Shown: piece by piece, positions 54,057-63,175 of the stretch
Layout: the number at the start of each line of letters is the position of its first letter
How positions within the stretch are numbered: the stretch's first letter is position 1
Assembly (NCBI GenBank): GCA_047601745.1
Contig: JASGIS010000001.1
Location: 3,910,086-3,974,085, forward strand
DNA: 64,000 nt
Reading direction: 5' to 3'
Source of the DNA: Burkholderiaceae bacterium
GTDB taxonomy: Bacteria; Pseudomonadota; Gammaproteobacteria; Burkholderiales; Burkholderiaceae_E
Position numbers and translations under genes: made by a program
The notes under the pieces: generated by a model
What the model was told of the DNA's origin: nothing
What the model saw: the letters and a program-made list of their open reading frames with translations, nothing else
Database searches by the model: none

Positions 54057-55930
54057 GCCTCGCGATACGAAACATCGCCATCATCGCCCACGTCGATCAC
54101 GGCAAGACCACGCTGGTCGACCAGCTGCTGCGCCAGTCGGGCACGTTCCGCAGCAACCAGCAGGTCGCCGAACGCGTGATGGACAGCAACGACCTGGAAC
54201 GCGAACGCGGGATCACGATCCTGGCCAAGAACTGCGCGGTCGACTACCAGGACACCCGGATCAACATCGTCGACACGCCCGGGCACGCCGACTTCGGCGG
54301 CGAGGTCGAGCGGGCGCTGTCGATGGTCGACGGCGTGCTGCTGCTGGTCGACGCGGTCGAAGGGCCGATGCCGCAGACCCGCTTCGTCACGCGCAAGGCG
54401 CTGGCGCTGGGCCTGAAGCCGATCGTCGTCGTCAACAAGATCGATCGGCCCGGCGCGCGGCCGGACTGGGTCGTCAACCAGACCTTCGACCTGTTCGACA
54501 AGCTGGGCGCGACCGAGGAGCAGCTCGACTTCCCGGTCGTCTACGCATCGGCCGTCAACGGCTTCGCGCTGGACGATCTGAAGGGCCTGCCGGCCGACGG
54601 CGTCGCCAACGCCGACGACGCCCGGGCCAAGGGCTTGTCGATGGAGCCGTTGTTCGCGGCCGTGCTGCGCTACGTGCCGGTACGCCAGGACGATCCGGAC
54701 GGCCCGCTGCAGTTGCAGATCTCGGCACTCGACTATTCGAGCTACGTCGGCAAGATCGGCGTCGGCCGGATCACGTGCGGACGCATCCGCGCCGGCCAGT
54801 CGGTCGCCGTGATGTTCGGCGACCCGGCCGAATCGGGCGTCGCACCGGTGACCCGCAAGGTCAACCAGGTGCTGCGCTACAAGGGGCTCGAGCGCTCGGT
54901 CGTCGACGAGGCCGAGGCCGGCGACATCATCGCGATCAACGGCATCGAGGAGCTGGACATCGGCACGACCGTCTGCGATCCGGCCCGGCCCGAGCCGCTG
55001 CCGCTGCTGAAGGTCGACGAGCCGACGATGACGATGGAGTTCCTCGTCAACACCTCGCCGATGGCCGGCCGCGAAGGCAAGTTCGTGACCAGCCGCCAGA
55101 TCCGCGAGCGCCTCGAGCGCGAGCTCAAGTCGAACGTCGCGCTGCGGGTCGAGTTCACCAGCGATTCGGACACGTTCATCGTGTCGGGACGCGGCGAGCT
55201 GCACCTGACGATCCTGCTCGAGAACCTGCGCCGCGAAGGCTACGAGATCGCCGTCTCGCGTCCGAAGCCGAAGATCCGCATCGTCGACGGCGAACGCCAG
55301 GAGCCGTACGAGTCGTTGACGATGGACCTCGAAGAAAACCATCAGGGCGGCGTGATGGAGCTGCTGGGCCGCCGCAAGGGCGAGCTGCAGAACATGGAGC
55401 CCGACGGCAAGGGCCGCGTGCGGCTCGAGTACCGCGTGCCCGCGCGCGGACTGATCGGCTTTCACAACGAGTTCCTGAACCTGACCCGCGGCACCGGCAT
55501 CATGAGCCACGTGTTCGACGATTATGATGCGTGGGCCGGCGACATCGAGGACCGGCGCAACGGCGTGCTGATCTCGCAGGACGACGGCGATGCGGTCGCG
55601 TACGCGTTGTGGAAGCTGCAGGAACGCGGACGGATGTTCGTCAAGCCCAACGACCCGCTGTACGAGGGCATGATCATCGGCATCCACTCGCGCGACAACG
55701 ACCTGGTCGTCAATCCGATCAAGGAGAAGAAGCTGACCAACGTTCGCGCGTCGGGCAAGGACGAGCACATCGTGCTGACGCCGCCGATCGAACTGACGCT
55801 GGAGAAGGCCGTCGAATTCATCGCCGACGACGAACTGGTCGAACTGACGCCCAAGAGCATCCGCCTGCGCAAGCGCCTGCTCAAAGAGCACGAGCGCAAG
55901 CGCGCGTCGCGCGAGGGCGAAACCGGCTGA
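54053..55930 (+). CDS. typA: Translational GTPase TypA/BipA
   Basis: [22 protein letters not shown]...[14 protein letters not shown]...NKIDR. ATGA overlap with truB. Confidence 0.95.
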   Translation: MSLAIRNIAIIAHVDHGKTTLVDQLLRQSGTFRSNQQVAERVMDSNDLERERGITILAKNCAVDYQDTRINIVDTPGHADFGGEVERALSMVDGVLLLVDAVEGPMPQTRFVTRKALALGLKPIVVVNKIDRPGARPDWVVNQTFDLFDKLGATEEQLDFPVVYASAVNGFALDDLKGLPADGVANADDARAKGLSMEPLFAAVLRYVPVRQDDPDGPLQLQISALDYSSYVGKIGVGRITCGRIRAGQSVAVMFGDPAESGVAPVTRKVNQVLRYKGLERSVVDEAEAGDIIAINGIEELDIGTTVCDPARPEPLPLLKVDEPTMTMEFLVNTSPMAGREGKFVTSRQIRERLERELKSNVALRVEFTSDSDTFIVSGRGELHLTILLENLRREGYEIAVSRPKPKIRIVDGERQEPYESLTMDLEENHQGGVMELLGRRKGELQNMEPDGKGRVRLEYRVPARGLIGFHNEFLNLTRGTGIMSHVFDDYDAWAGDIEDRRNGVLISQDDGDAVAYALWKLQERGRMFVKPNDPLYEGMIIGIHSRDNDLVVNPIKEKKLTNVRASGKDEHIVLTPPIELTLEKAVEFIADDELVELTPKSIRLRKRLLKEHERKRASREGETG

Positions 55931-56089
55931 CTTACAACACTCGAAAACACTCGAACGACGGGATCGGCAGATTTTTGTTGGCGCGGGATCCGTTTCGCGT
56001 CATTCTTGCCCGTCATGGATTGACACGATCTTGTCGAATCCTTCCGCATACGCGAACAAACCAACATTGATCCCCGTCGAGGAGTGAGT

Positions 56090-56443
56090 ATGGCAACTGC
56101 CAAGAAGGCTGCGGCAAAGCAACCGGCAGCGAAGAAGTCCGCCGAGAACAAGCCTGCAGCGAAGAAGGCCGGCGCCACCGCCGACAAGAAACCGCGCACG
56201 CCCAATGCGGCGTTCATGAAAGCGCTGACGCCGAGTCCGGCGCTGGCCGAGGTCGTCGGCAACGGCGCGCTGCCGCGCACCGAGGCGATCAAGAAACTGT
56301 GGGAATACATCAAGAAGCACAACCTGCAGGACAGCGTCAACAAGCGGAACATCAACGCCGACGCCAAGCTGCAGCCGATCTTCGGCAAGGCGCAGGTGAC
56401 GATGTTCGAGATGACCAAGCTCGTCAACGCGCATCTGTCCTGA
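56090..56443 (+). CDS. SWIB/MDM2-domain protein with a Lys/Ala-rich histone-H1-like N-terminal tail
   Basis: AKKAAAKQPAAKKSAENKPAAKKAG tail, then ...LAEVVGNGALPRTEAIKKLWEYIKKHNLQD...FGKAQVTMFEMTKLV. GAGGAG RBS. Confidence 0.8.
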   Translation: MATAKKAAAKQPAAKKSAENKPAAKKAGATADKKPRTPNAAFMKALTPSPALAEVVGNGALPRTEAIKKLWEYIKKHNLQDSVNKRNINADAKLQPIFGKAQVTMFEMTKLVNAHLS

Positions 56444-56490
56444 CGCGGAGCGCAGCGCCGGTCGGTGATCCGATCGGGCGCGATGTCCGG

Positions 56491-56514
56491 AAGGCCGCCT
56501 CGCGCGGCCTTTTT
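56491..56514 (+). terminator. Intrinsic terminator after the SWIB gene
   Basis: AAGGCCGC-CTCGC-GCGGCCTT followed by TTT. Confidence 0.6.
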
Positions 56515-56644
56515 GCATGGCGGCGGTCGCGCCGGATCCGACGGGCGATGCGCCGTCCGGAATGATCGGGCCGCCGGCCGTCGGAGCCCTGGCCAGGGGC
56601 CGCGGGATTGGCGGGATCATCACCCGATTCGCGTAAGGCATCGT

Positions 56645-59005
56645 GTGTTCCGCAATTCCCTGACCACCCGGATCGTCATGCTCGTGCTGGCGATCGCTTG
56701 CGCCGGCCAGTTGATCCTGGGGCTGGTCTTCGTCCGCGGCATGCAACAGCGGGCGTCGGCGGCCGGGCAGGGCCAGCTCGACTTGGCCGAGCGCGTCGTG
56801 CTCGCGCGGGTCGCGCAGAGCCGCGCCGATGCGCAGGGCCAGGCCGGCCAGCTCGCGCGCGATCCGGTGATGGCGCGCGCGTACGCGCAGAACCTCGGCG
56901 ACGCGCTGGTCACGCAGATTCAGGCCGTGCTGCGCCGCGTCGGCCCGTCCCGCGCGCTGCTCGTCCGGGCCAACGGCGTGGTCGTCGCCGACGTGCCCGG
57001 GCCGGCGTCGATCGCACCGGTGCGCAGCGACTACTGGCGGGGCGCGACGCTCGCGCAGGTGTTCTCGGCCGGACGGGCGTCGGGTTTCGTCGCCGCCGGC
57101 GGATCGACGGTGATGTGGACGGCCGTACCGGCGCAGTTCGATCCGAATCTGGCGATCGTCCTGGTCCAGCCGATCGAGGCCCTGGTCGTCGCCGAGTTCG
57201 CCCGCGTGTCGGTGGGCGCGCAGCTCGCGCTGGTCGACGCCGACGCGGCGGCCTCGCCGGCGAACGAGGAGCCGCACGTGCGGCGCGTCCTGCTGGACGA
57301 CGCGGCGGCCGGACCGGTCGCCGTCGAACTGCGCGTGCCGACGATGTCGATGACGACGCTGCTGCGCGAGTCGCTGCGCCTGTGGCTGCCCGCCTTCGTC
57401 ATCGTCGACCTGCTGTCGGTGCTGGCCGCGTTCGCGCTGTCGCGGATCGTGTTGCGGCCGGTGGCGGGCCTGCGCGAGGCGATCGTCGCGCAGACGCCGG
57501 ACAAGCTGCGCCCGCTCGAAGGCCCGTTCGCCACGGGGCCGCTGGGCGGACTCGTCGCCGCACTGAACGCGCTGATCGGGCAGGTGCGCGAGCGCGACCA
57601 GTCGCTGCTGCGCACGGCGTTTCGCGATCCGTTGACTTCGCTGCCCAACCGCGCGCTGCTGCACGAACGCCTGACGCTGGCGCTGCGCGAGGCCCGCAAG
57701 ACGCATCGCGTGCTGGCCTTGCTGCTGATCGACATCGAGCGCTTCGATGCGATCAGCGATTCGCTCGGCGCGCAGGTGGCCGATGCGGTCATCGCGGCGG
57801 TGGCCGCCCGGCTCAAGTCGACGCTGCGGCCCGCCGACAAGCTGGTGGACGTCAGTGCGGGCCGCGAATCGCATCCGGCGCTGGCGCGCGTGGGCGGCAA
57901 CCGGTTCGCGATCGTGCTGCCCGGCTGCAACGGCGAGCAGGCGCTGCAGGTCGCCCAGCGGATCAGCGACGTGCTCCGCTCGCCGATCGAGCACGAACAC
58001 CAGGAGATCGAATGCACGATCTCGATCGGCGCGTCCGCATTCCCGGCGCACGCGCAGGACGCGGCGGGCCTGGTTCGCGCGGCCGACATCGCGCTGCGCT
58101 GGGCCAGGCGTTCGGGCGAGCGGATCAAGGTGTTCAGCCCCGAGCAGGAGCGCGAGCGCGAATTCCACACGTCGATGGCGATCGATCTGCAGAAGGCGAT
58201 GGCCAACGGATCGCTGTCGCTGCGGTACCAGCCGAAGATCGCGCTCGGCGCCGGGCGCACGGCGATGGTCGAGGCGCTGGCGCGGTGGCAGCATCCGGAG
58301 CGCGGCGTCGTCGATCCCCGCGAGTTCGTGCCGTTCGCCGAGCGCATGGGCCTGATCGGCCATCTGTCGCGCTGGGCCGTCGAGCAGGGCCTGACGCAGC
58401 TCGTCGCCTGGCGCGCGGCGGAGGTGCCGGTCCAGTTGGCGATCAACGTGTCGCGATACGACGTCTCGTCGCCGCAGTTCGCGTCGTTCGTGATCGAGCG
58501 CCTGCAGCACCACGGTCTGCCGCCCGAAGCGCTGACGATCGAGATCAACGAGCGGGCGCTGACTCAGCACTCGAAAGAGGCGCTGGCCTGCCTGCAATGC
58601 CTGGATCAGGCCGGGATCAAGCTCGGCATCGACGATTTCGGCGCCGGCTACGCGGCGCTGGCCTCGCTGCGCGAGCTGCCGGTCCAGCACGTCAAGATCG
58701 ACAAGCGTTTCGTCACGCAGATGGCGCGCGACCGCAGCGCCTACGTGATCGTCGCCGCCGCGATCCGGCTCGCGCACTCGCTGCAATGGGAGGCGGTGGC
58801 CGAGGGCGTCGAGGACGCCGAGACGATGCGGATGCTGCGCGAACTCGACTGCGACTACGCGCAGGGCTTCTATCTGGGCAAGCCCTTGCAGGCCGACGAC
58901 TATCTGGCATGGCTGCGCCACCAGTCGCGGCGCTTCGCGTACGAAGAGCCTCAGGCGGCGATAGCGGCGGCGGCGGCGCCGGCGACGCCAGGCCTCAGCC
59001 GGTAA
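56645..59005 (+). CDS. Sensor protein: TM, periplasmic domain, TM/HAMP, degenerate GGDEF (GGNRF) and intact EAL. Predicted c-di-GMP phosphodiesterase.
   Basis: VGGNRFAIVL replaces GGDEF. EAL domain with VEALARW, INVS, EINE, DDFGAGY, KIDK, AEGVE, QGF. GTG start at 56645 chosen just before the first TM. Confidence 0.8.
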   Translation: MFRNSLTTRIVMLVLAIACAGQLILGLVFVRGMQQRASAAGQGQLDLAERVVLARVAQSRADAQGQAGQLARDPVMARAYAQNLGDALVTQIQAVLRRVGPSRALLVRANGVVVADVPGPASIAPVRSDYWRGATLAQVFSAGRASGFVAAGGSTVMWTAVPAQFDPNLAIVLVQPIEALVVAEFARVSVGAQLALVDADAAASPANEEPHVRRVLLDDAAAGPVAVELRVPTMSMTTLLRESLRLWLPAFVIVDLLSVLAAFALSRIVLRPVAGLREAIVAQTPDKLRPLEGPFATGPLGGLVAALNALIGQVRERDQSLLRTAFRDPLTSLPNRALLHERLTLALREARKTHRVLALLLIDIERFDAISDSLGAQVADAVIAAVAARLKSTLRPADKLVDVSAGRESHPALARVGGNRFAIVLPGCNGEQALQVAQRISDVLRSPIEHEHQEIECTISIGASAFPAHAQDAAGLVRAADIALRWARRSGERIKVFSPEQEREREFHTSMAIDLQKAMANGSLSLRYQPKIALGAGRTAMVEALARWQHPERGVVDPREFVPFAERMGLIGHLSRWAVEQGLTQLVAWRAAEVPVQLAINVSRYDVSSPQFASFVIERLQHHGLPPEALTIEINERALTQHSKEALACLQCLDQAGIKLGIDDFGAGYAALASLRELPVQHVKIDKRFVTQMARDRSAYVIVAAAIRLAHSLQWEAVAEGVEDAETMRMLRELDCDYAQGFYLGKPLQADDYLAWLRHQSRRFAYEEPQAAIAAAAAPATPGLSR

Positions 59006-59447
59006 CGGCCTCCGGCACGCGGATCCGGACGCCGAAATCGCGCTCGGCGCGCCGCGCCAGCACCAGCAGCGCCTTGTCGCGGGACAGCAGATAAGCGACC
59101 CGGTGATGGGCCGCCAGATCGATGAAGACCTGATCGTCGGGATCGCGGCTGCGCAGCGCGCAGGCCGGCGGGTCGTCGTGGATGCTGGTCCAGCGATCGA
59201 AGCCGTCCAGGCAGGCCGCGGCGTCGACTTGGCGCGTGCCGAAGCGCCGCCAGCTCAGCACGTCGGCCAGCTCGGCGCGGCCGCGGCGGCAGGCCAGGAT
59301 CCGGCAGTCGGCGCGCTCGGCCGCCGCGCGGATCGGCGCGCTGCTCGGATCGTCGAAGACCAGCCAGTCGAGCCAGACGTTGGTGTCGAGGATCACGTCG
59401 CCGCGCAGTGCGGCGACCGGAGTGCGTACCAGCGCGGGAGCGTGCAT
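58995..59447 (-). CDS. PIN-domain protein (stand-alone putative toxin/RNase, TIGR00305-like)
   Basis: VILDTNVWLDWL...DPDDQVFIDLA...LLSRDKALL acidic PIN signature. The 3' end overlaps the convergent EAL gene by 11 nt. Confidence 0.7.
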   Translation of the reverse strand: MHAPALVRTPVAALRGDVILDTNVWLDWLVFDDPSSAPIRAAAERADCRILACRRGRAELADVLSWRRFGTRQVDAAACLDGFDRWTSIHDDPPACALRSRDPDDQVFIDLAAHHRVAYLLSRDKALLVLARRAERDFGVRIRVPEAVTG

Positions 59448-59500
59448 CGGCGGCGTGGGCGCGACGCGCGTCGGCGTCAGCGGCGAAAGACGCTCGCCTC

Positions 59501-60118
59501 TCAGCCTTTTTCGGCGGTGACTTCGACGCGGCGGGCTTCGCGATCGTTGCCGTCGCCGGTCGTCTCCTGCGGTTTGCGCAGGTCGATCTGCGCGTCGCTC
59601 AGGCCGGCGGCGCGCAGCGCGGCAGCCACGGCCAGCGCGCGGGCCTTGGAGATCTCGGCGTTGACGTCGGCCGAGCCGGTCTTGTCGTGGAAGCCCGACA
59701 CGACCGCCCGGTCGGCACGGCCGGACTTGACCGCTTCGACGATCGGCGCCAGTTCGGACGCCGCGTCGGCCGGCAGGTCGTTGCGGCCGGTATCGAAGTA
59801 CAGCTTGACCGGGCCGGCGATCGCCGCGGCGGCGGTCATCGCGGCCCCGGCGGTCATCGCGGTTCCGGCCGCGGGGGCGGACGCGGCAGCGGCTCCGGTA
59901 TCGGCAGACCCGGCGGCGGCGGAGCCGGTGGTAGTCGGCGCCGTGACGGCAGGCGCGGCCGTCGAGACGCTCGCCGCCGACGCGGCGGCGGGCTTGCCGC
60001 TCAGCGAGATCGCGCTGAACGCGGCCCAGAACGACACGGCGATCGCCAGTACGACAGCGAAACTGAGGATGATCGCCACTGCCACGTTCTCTTCGCGATT
60101 CTCGTCTTTGTCACTCAT
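59501..60118 (-). CDS. Inner-membrane-anchored OmpA/MotB-like peptidoglycan-binding protein
   Basis: N-terminal TM, Ala/Thr/Gly-rich linker, C-terminal OmpA-like domain ...VSGFHDKTGSADVNAEISKARALAV...REARRVEV. Confidence 0.75.
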   Translation of the reverse strand: MSDKDENREENVAVAIILSFAVVLAIAVSFWAAFSAISLSGKPAAASAASVSTAAPAVTAPTTTGSAAAGSADTGAAAASAPAAGTAMTAGAAMTAAAAIAGPVKLYFDTGRNDLPADAASELAPIVEAVKSGRADRAVVSGFHDKTGSADVNAEISKARALAVAAALRAAGLSDAQIDLRKPQETTGDGNDREARRVEVTAEKG

Positions 60119-60207
60119 CTGGGGAATTCTCCGTTGTGCGCTGCAGGCGACGGTTGGGTCAGCGCGGCATTATACGAGAGGCCGTGGAGCGGCCGTCAGA
60201 AATCGGC

Positions 60208-61308
60208 TCAGATCACGCGCGGTTCGGGTTCGATCGCCACGCCGAAGCGCTGTCGCACCGAATCCTGGATGCGCCGCGCCAGCGCGAGCAGCTCGTCGCC
60301 GCGGGCGCGGCCATAGTTGACGAGGACCAGGGCGTGCTGCGGATGCACGCCGGCGTCGCCTTCGCGGAATCCCTTCCAGCCGCAGTGCTCGATCAGCCAG
60401 GCCGCGGCGATCTTGCAGCGTTCGTCGCCGGCCGGATAGATCGGCATCGCCGGATGCGCGCGGCGAAGCGCATCGGCCTGTGCCCGCGGCAGCACCGGGT
60501 TCTTGAAGAAGCTGCCGGCGTTGCCGATCCGCGCCGGATCCGGCAGCTTGCGGCGGCGGATCGCGCAGACCGCCTCGGCGATCTGCTGCGGCGTCGCCGC
60601 CGCCGCGGCGATGCCGCGCGCCTGCAGCTCGGCGCCGATGTCGCCGTACCCGGGGCGCGGGTCGGCCCGGCGCGACAGCGCGAAACGCACCGACGCGATC
60701 AGCCATTGCACGCCGTCGTCGTGTTTGAAGACGCTGTCGCGATAGCCGAAACGGCAGTCGCGCGCGTCGAACCGGCGGGTCAGGCCGGTGCGCAGGTGGA
60801 TCGCCTGCAGCGATTGCATGCGGTCGGCCATCTCGACGCCATAAGCGCCGATGTTCTGGATCGGGCTGGCGCCGACCAGCCCTGGAATCAGCGACAGGTT
60901 CTCCAGGCCGAACAATCCGTGCGCCAGCGTCCACTGCACGAACGGATGCCAGGGCTCGCCGGCCGCCGCTTCGACGATCACGTCGTCGCCGGCCTGTTCG
61001 ACGACCGCGCGGCCGCGCGAGGCGATCCGCAGCACGGCGGCGTCGACGTCGCGGGTCAGCAGCAGGTTGCTGCCGCCGCCGAGCACCAGCGCCGGTCCGT
61101 CCGGGCCGCAGGCTTCGAGCGCGGCCGGCAGCGTCCGGACATCGGTCAGCGTGACCAGGCGGCGCGCGCGCGCGTCGATGCCGAAGGTGTTCAGCGCGCG
61201 CAGCGGCGCGTCGTCGACGATCGATGGCGGCGTGGGCGGCGTGGGCGGCGTGGAAGGCACGGGAGGCACGGGAGGCACGGGAGGGGGGGCGTCCGGAGCG
61301 GGGGGCAC
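60208..61308 (-). CDS. murB: UDP-N-acetylenolpyruvoylglucosamine reductase
   Basis: ...LRALNTFGIDA...VLGGGSNLL...IPGLVGASPIQNIGAYGVE...NAGSFFKNP. GTG start. The N-terminal proline-rich repeat makes the true start ambiguous. Confidence 0.85.
   Translation of the reverse strand: MPPAPDAPPPVPPVPPVPSTPPTPPTPPSIVDDAPLRALNTFGIDARARRLVTLTDVRTLPAALEACGPDGPALVLGGGSNLLLTRDVDAAVLRIASRGRAVVEQAGDDVIVEAAAGEPWHPFVQWTLAHGLFGLENLSLIPGLVGASPIQNIGAYGVEMADRMQSLQAIHLRTGLTRRFDARDCRFGYRDSVFKHDDGVQWLIASVRFALSRRADPRPGYGDIGAELQARGIAAAAATPQQIAEAVCAIRRRKLPDPARIGNAGSFFKNPVLPRAQADALRRAHPAMPIYPAGDERCKIAAAWLIEHCGWKGFREGDAGVHPQHALVLVNYGRARGDELLALARRIQDSVRQRFGVAIEPEPRVI
61226..61285 (-). repeat. Tandem 9-nt units (GGCGTGGGC and GGCACGGGA types) encoding PPV/PPT repeats at the murB 5' end
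   Basis: Read directly. Confidence 0.85.
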
Positions 61309-61359
61309 GAGGCGGGAGGCGGTTGGTGGTCGCTCGCGGAGCAGGGTCGCCAGAGGATC

Positions 61360-62244
61360 CTAGCTCGGCGTATAGGCGAGCCGCACGTAGATCGGCGCGT
61401 AGGCTTCGGCCTGCGTGATCTCGATCAGCGACTCGCGCGCCAGTTCGAGCAGCGCGACGAAGGTGACGATGACGACCGGCGCGCCGCGCTGCACGTCGAA
61501 CAGTTCGTCGAACGCGGCGAAGCGGCGGTTCTGCAGCGATCGCAGCACCAGCGTCATGTGCTCGCGCACCGACAGTTCCTCGCGCGAGATGTGATGGTGC
61601 TGGATCAGCCGCGCGCGGCGCAGGATGTCGGCCCACGCGCGCTTCAGGTCGCCGGGATCGACGTCGGGCAGGCGTACGGTCGCCGAGCGGTTCAGCTCGA
61701 CGTCGACGCTCAGGAAGTCGCGGCCGAGCACCGGCAACTGGTCGAGCTGCTGCGCGCCGATCTTGATGCGCTCGTATTCGATCAGCCGGCGCGCCAGTTC
61801 GGCGCGCGGATCCTCGGCTTCCTCGTCGCTGCCCGACTTCTTGACCGGCAGCAGCATCCGCGACTTGATCGAGATCAGCAGCGCCGCCATCAGCAGGTAT
61901 TCGCCGGCCAGCTCGAGGTTCGTCGAACGGATCTCGTCGATGTACGCGAGGTACTGCCGCGTGACCTCGGCCATCGGGATGTCGAGGATGTTGAAGTTCT
62001 GCTTGCGGATCAGGTACAGCAGCAGGTCCAGCGGCCCTTCGAACGAATCGAGGATGACCTCGAGCGCGTCGGGCGGGATGTACAGGTCATTGGGCAGCTT
62101 GAGCAGCGGCTCGCCGTACAGCCGGGCGAAGATCTTCAGCTCGAGCTGCCGGCCGGCGTCGCCGAACTCGCCGACCGGATCGGAGTCCGGGCCGGCGGCA
62201 TCCGGTATCGTCTGCGGCGACGGCGGCTCGGCCTGGCCCGTCAA
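61360..62244 (-). CDS. scpA: Segregation and condensation protein A (kleisin)
   Basis: ...ARLYGEPLLKLPNDLYIPPDALEVILDSFEGPLDLLLYLIRKQNFNILDIPMAEVT. TTG start immediately after the DUF3460 stop. Confidence 0.85.
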   Translation of the reverse strand: MTGQAEPPSPQTIPDAAGPDSDPVGEFGDAGRQLELKIFARLYGEPLLKLPNDLYIPPDALEVILDSFEGPLDLLLYLIRKQNFNILDIPMAEVTRQYLAYIDEIRSTNLELAGEYLLMAALLISIKSRMLLPVKKSGSDEEAEDPRAELARRLIEYERIKIGAQQLDQLPVLGRDFLSVDVELNRSATVRLPDVDPGDLKRAWADILRRARLIQHHHISREELSVREHMTLVLRSLQNRRFAAFDELFDVQRGAPVVIVTFVALLELARESLIEITQAEAYAPIYVRLAYTPS

Positions 62245-62246
62245 CG

Positions 62247-62435
62247 TCAGCCCTTGATCTGGTAGACGTAGGGTTGCTGCGGTACCTTGGACGCCTTGTC
62301 GCGCGCGTTGGTGTCCAGGTCCTGCGGGCGGTCCCACCACAGCGCTCGTCCTTCGCGCTGCGCTTGCTCGATCTGCGGGCGCTGTTTCTTCAGTTCGCGC
62401 AGGAAAACGGTGATTTCGGATTCGTACAGGGCCAT
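62247..62435 (-). CDS. DUF3460-like small protein
   Basis: MALYESEITVFLRELKKQRPQIE..., 62 aa. Family name is from memory. Confidence 0.7.
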   Translation of the reverse strand: MALYESEITVFLRELKKQRPQIEQAQREGRALWWDRPQDLDTNARDKASKVPQQPYVYQIKG

Positions 62436-62625
62436 GGCGCGTCAGGGATCGTGAGGTGGGTGGACCCGGTAGGGATGTACTGATCGATTCGCCCGAAGGG
62501 ACGGATGCGACGGCCGGGTGGAATCGATCAGTGAGCCCCTCAGGGGGAATGACCGGGTATTTTATGCGATCGGCGCCGCGGGGGCGACGACCGGACGGCG
62601 ACGAACAACGGAACGGGCGAGGACG

Positions 62626-63123
62626 ATGATATCGACGCGGATCAAGCGACTGCTGTGGGGAGGCCTGATGATCTGGGGGTTGTTCGGGTGCGACTATTTC
62701 GCGCAGAAGGAGCTGAAGCCGGGCGTTTCGACCGTCGAGGACGTGCGGCGCCTGATGGGCGAGCCGGAGCGGATCTGGGACGAGAACGACGGCTCGCGGA
62801 CCTACGAATACGTCCGCGGTCCGGCCGGGCACGAGACCTACATGATCGTCGTCGACGCCGACGGCCGTTTCCGCAGCATGCGCAACGTGCTGGTGCCGGA
62901 GTTCTTCGCGCAGGTCAAGCCGGGCATGAGCGAGGAGCAGGTGCGGCGGCTGCTGGGCAAGCCGACCGAGACCGTGTTCTTCCGGCTCAAGCAGGAGGAC
63001 GTCTGGAGCTGGCGCCACTACGGTGACCAGCGCCAGCCGATGATGTTCAACGTCCACTTCGATCAGGACCACAGGGTCAAGACGACCAGCCTGTCGCCGG
63101 ATCCGACGCGGATAAACGGCTGA
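62626..63123 (+). CDS. Lipoprotein with two BamE/SmpA-OmlA-like repeats
   Basis: Lipobox LFGC. Duplicated KPG(V/M)S..(D/Q)VRRL(M/L)G(E/K)P motifs. GAGGA RBS. Confidence 0.65.
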   Translation: MISTRIKRLLWGGLMIWGLFGCDYFAQKELKPGVSTVEDVRRLMGEPERIWDENDGSRTYEYVRGPAGHETYMIVVDADGRFRSMRNVLVPEFFAQVKPGMSEEQVRRLLGKPTETVFFRLKQEDVWSWRHYGDQRQPMMFNVHFDQDHRVKTTSLSPDPTRING

Positions 63124-63175
63124 AGTCAACGGTTGAAAGGCCGCGCGCTCACGGGGGCGTCGACCGGCGGCGCGC

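Noticed and set aside
60169-60199. TATAAT-containing promoter for the OmpA-like gene inside the murB 3' end (minus strand)
   Set aside because: The -10 hexamer is perfect, but the best -35 candidate (CTGACG) is 19 nt away. This is too weak to call without TSS data.
44161-62244. scpB and scpA lying 16 kb apart and on opposite strands, considered as an anomaly
   Set aside because: To my knowledge, separation of scpA and scpB (with scpB next to rluB) is the usual arrangement in beta-proteobacteria, so it is not unusual for this lineage.
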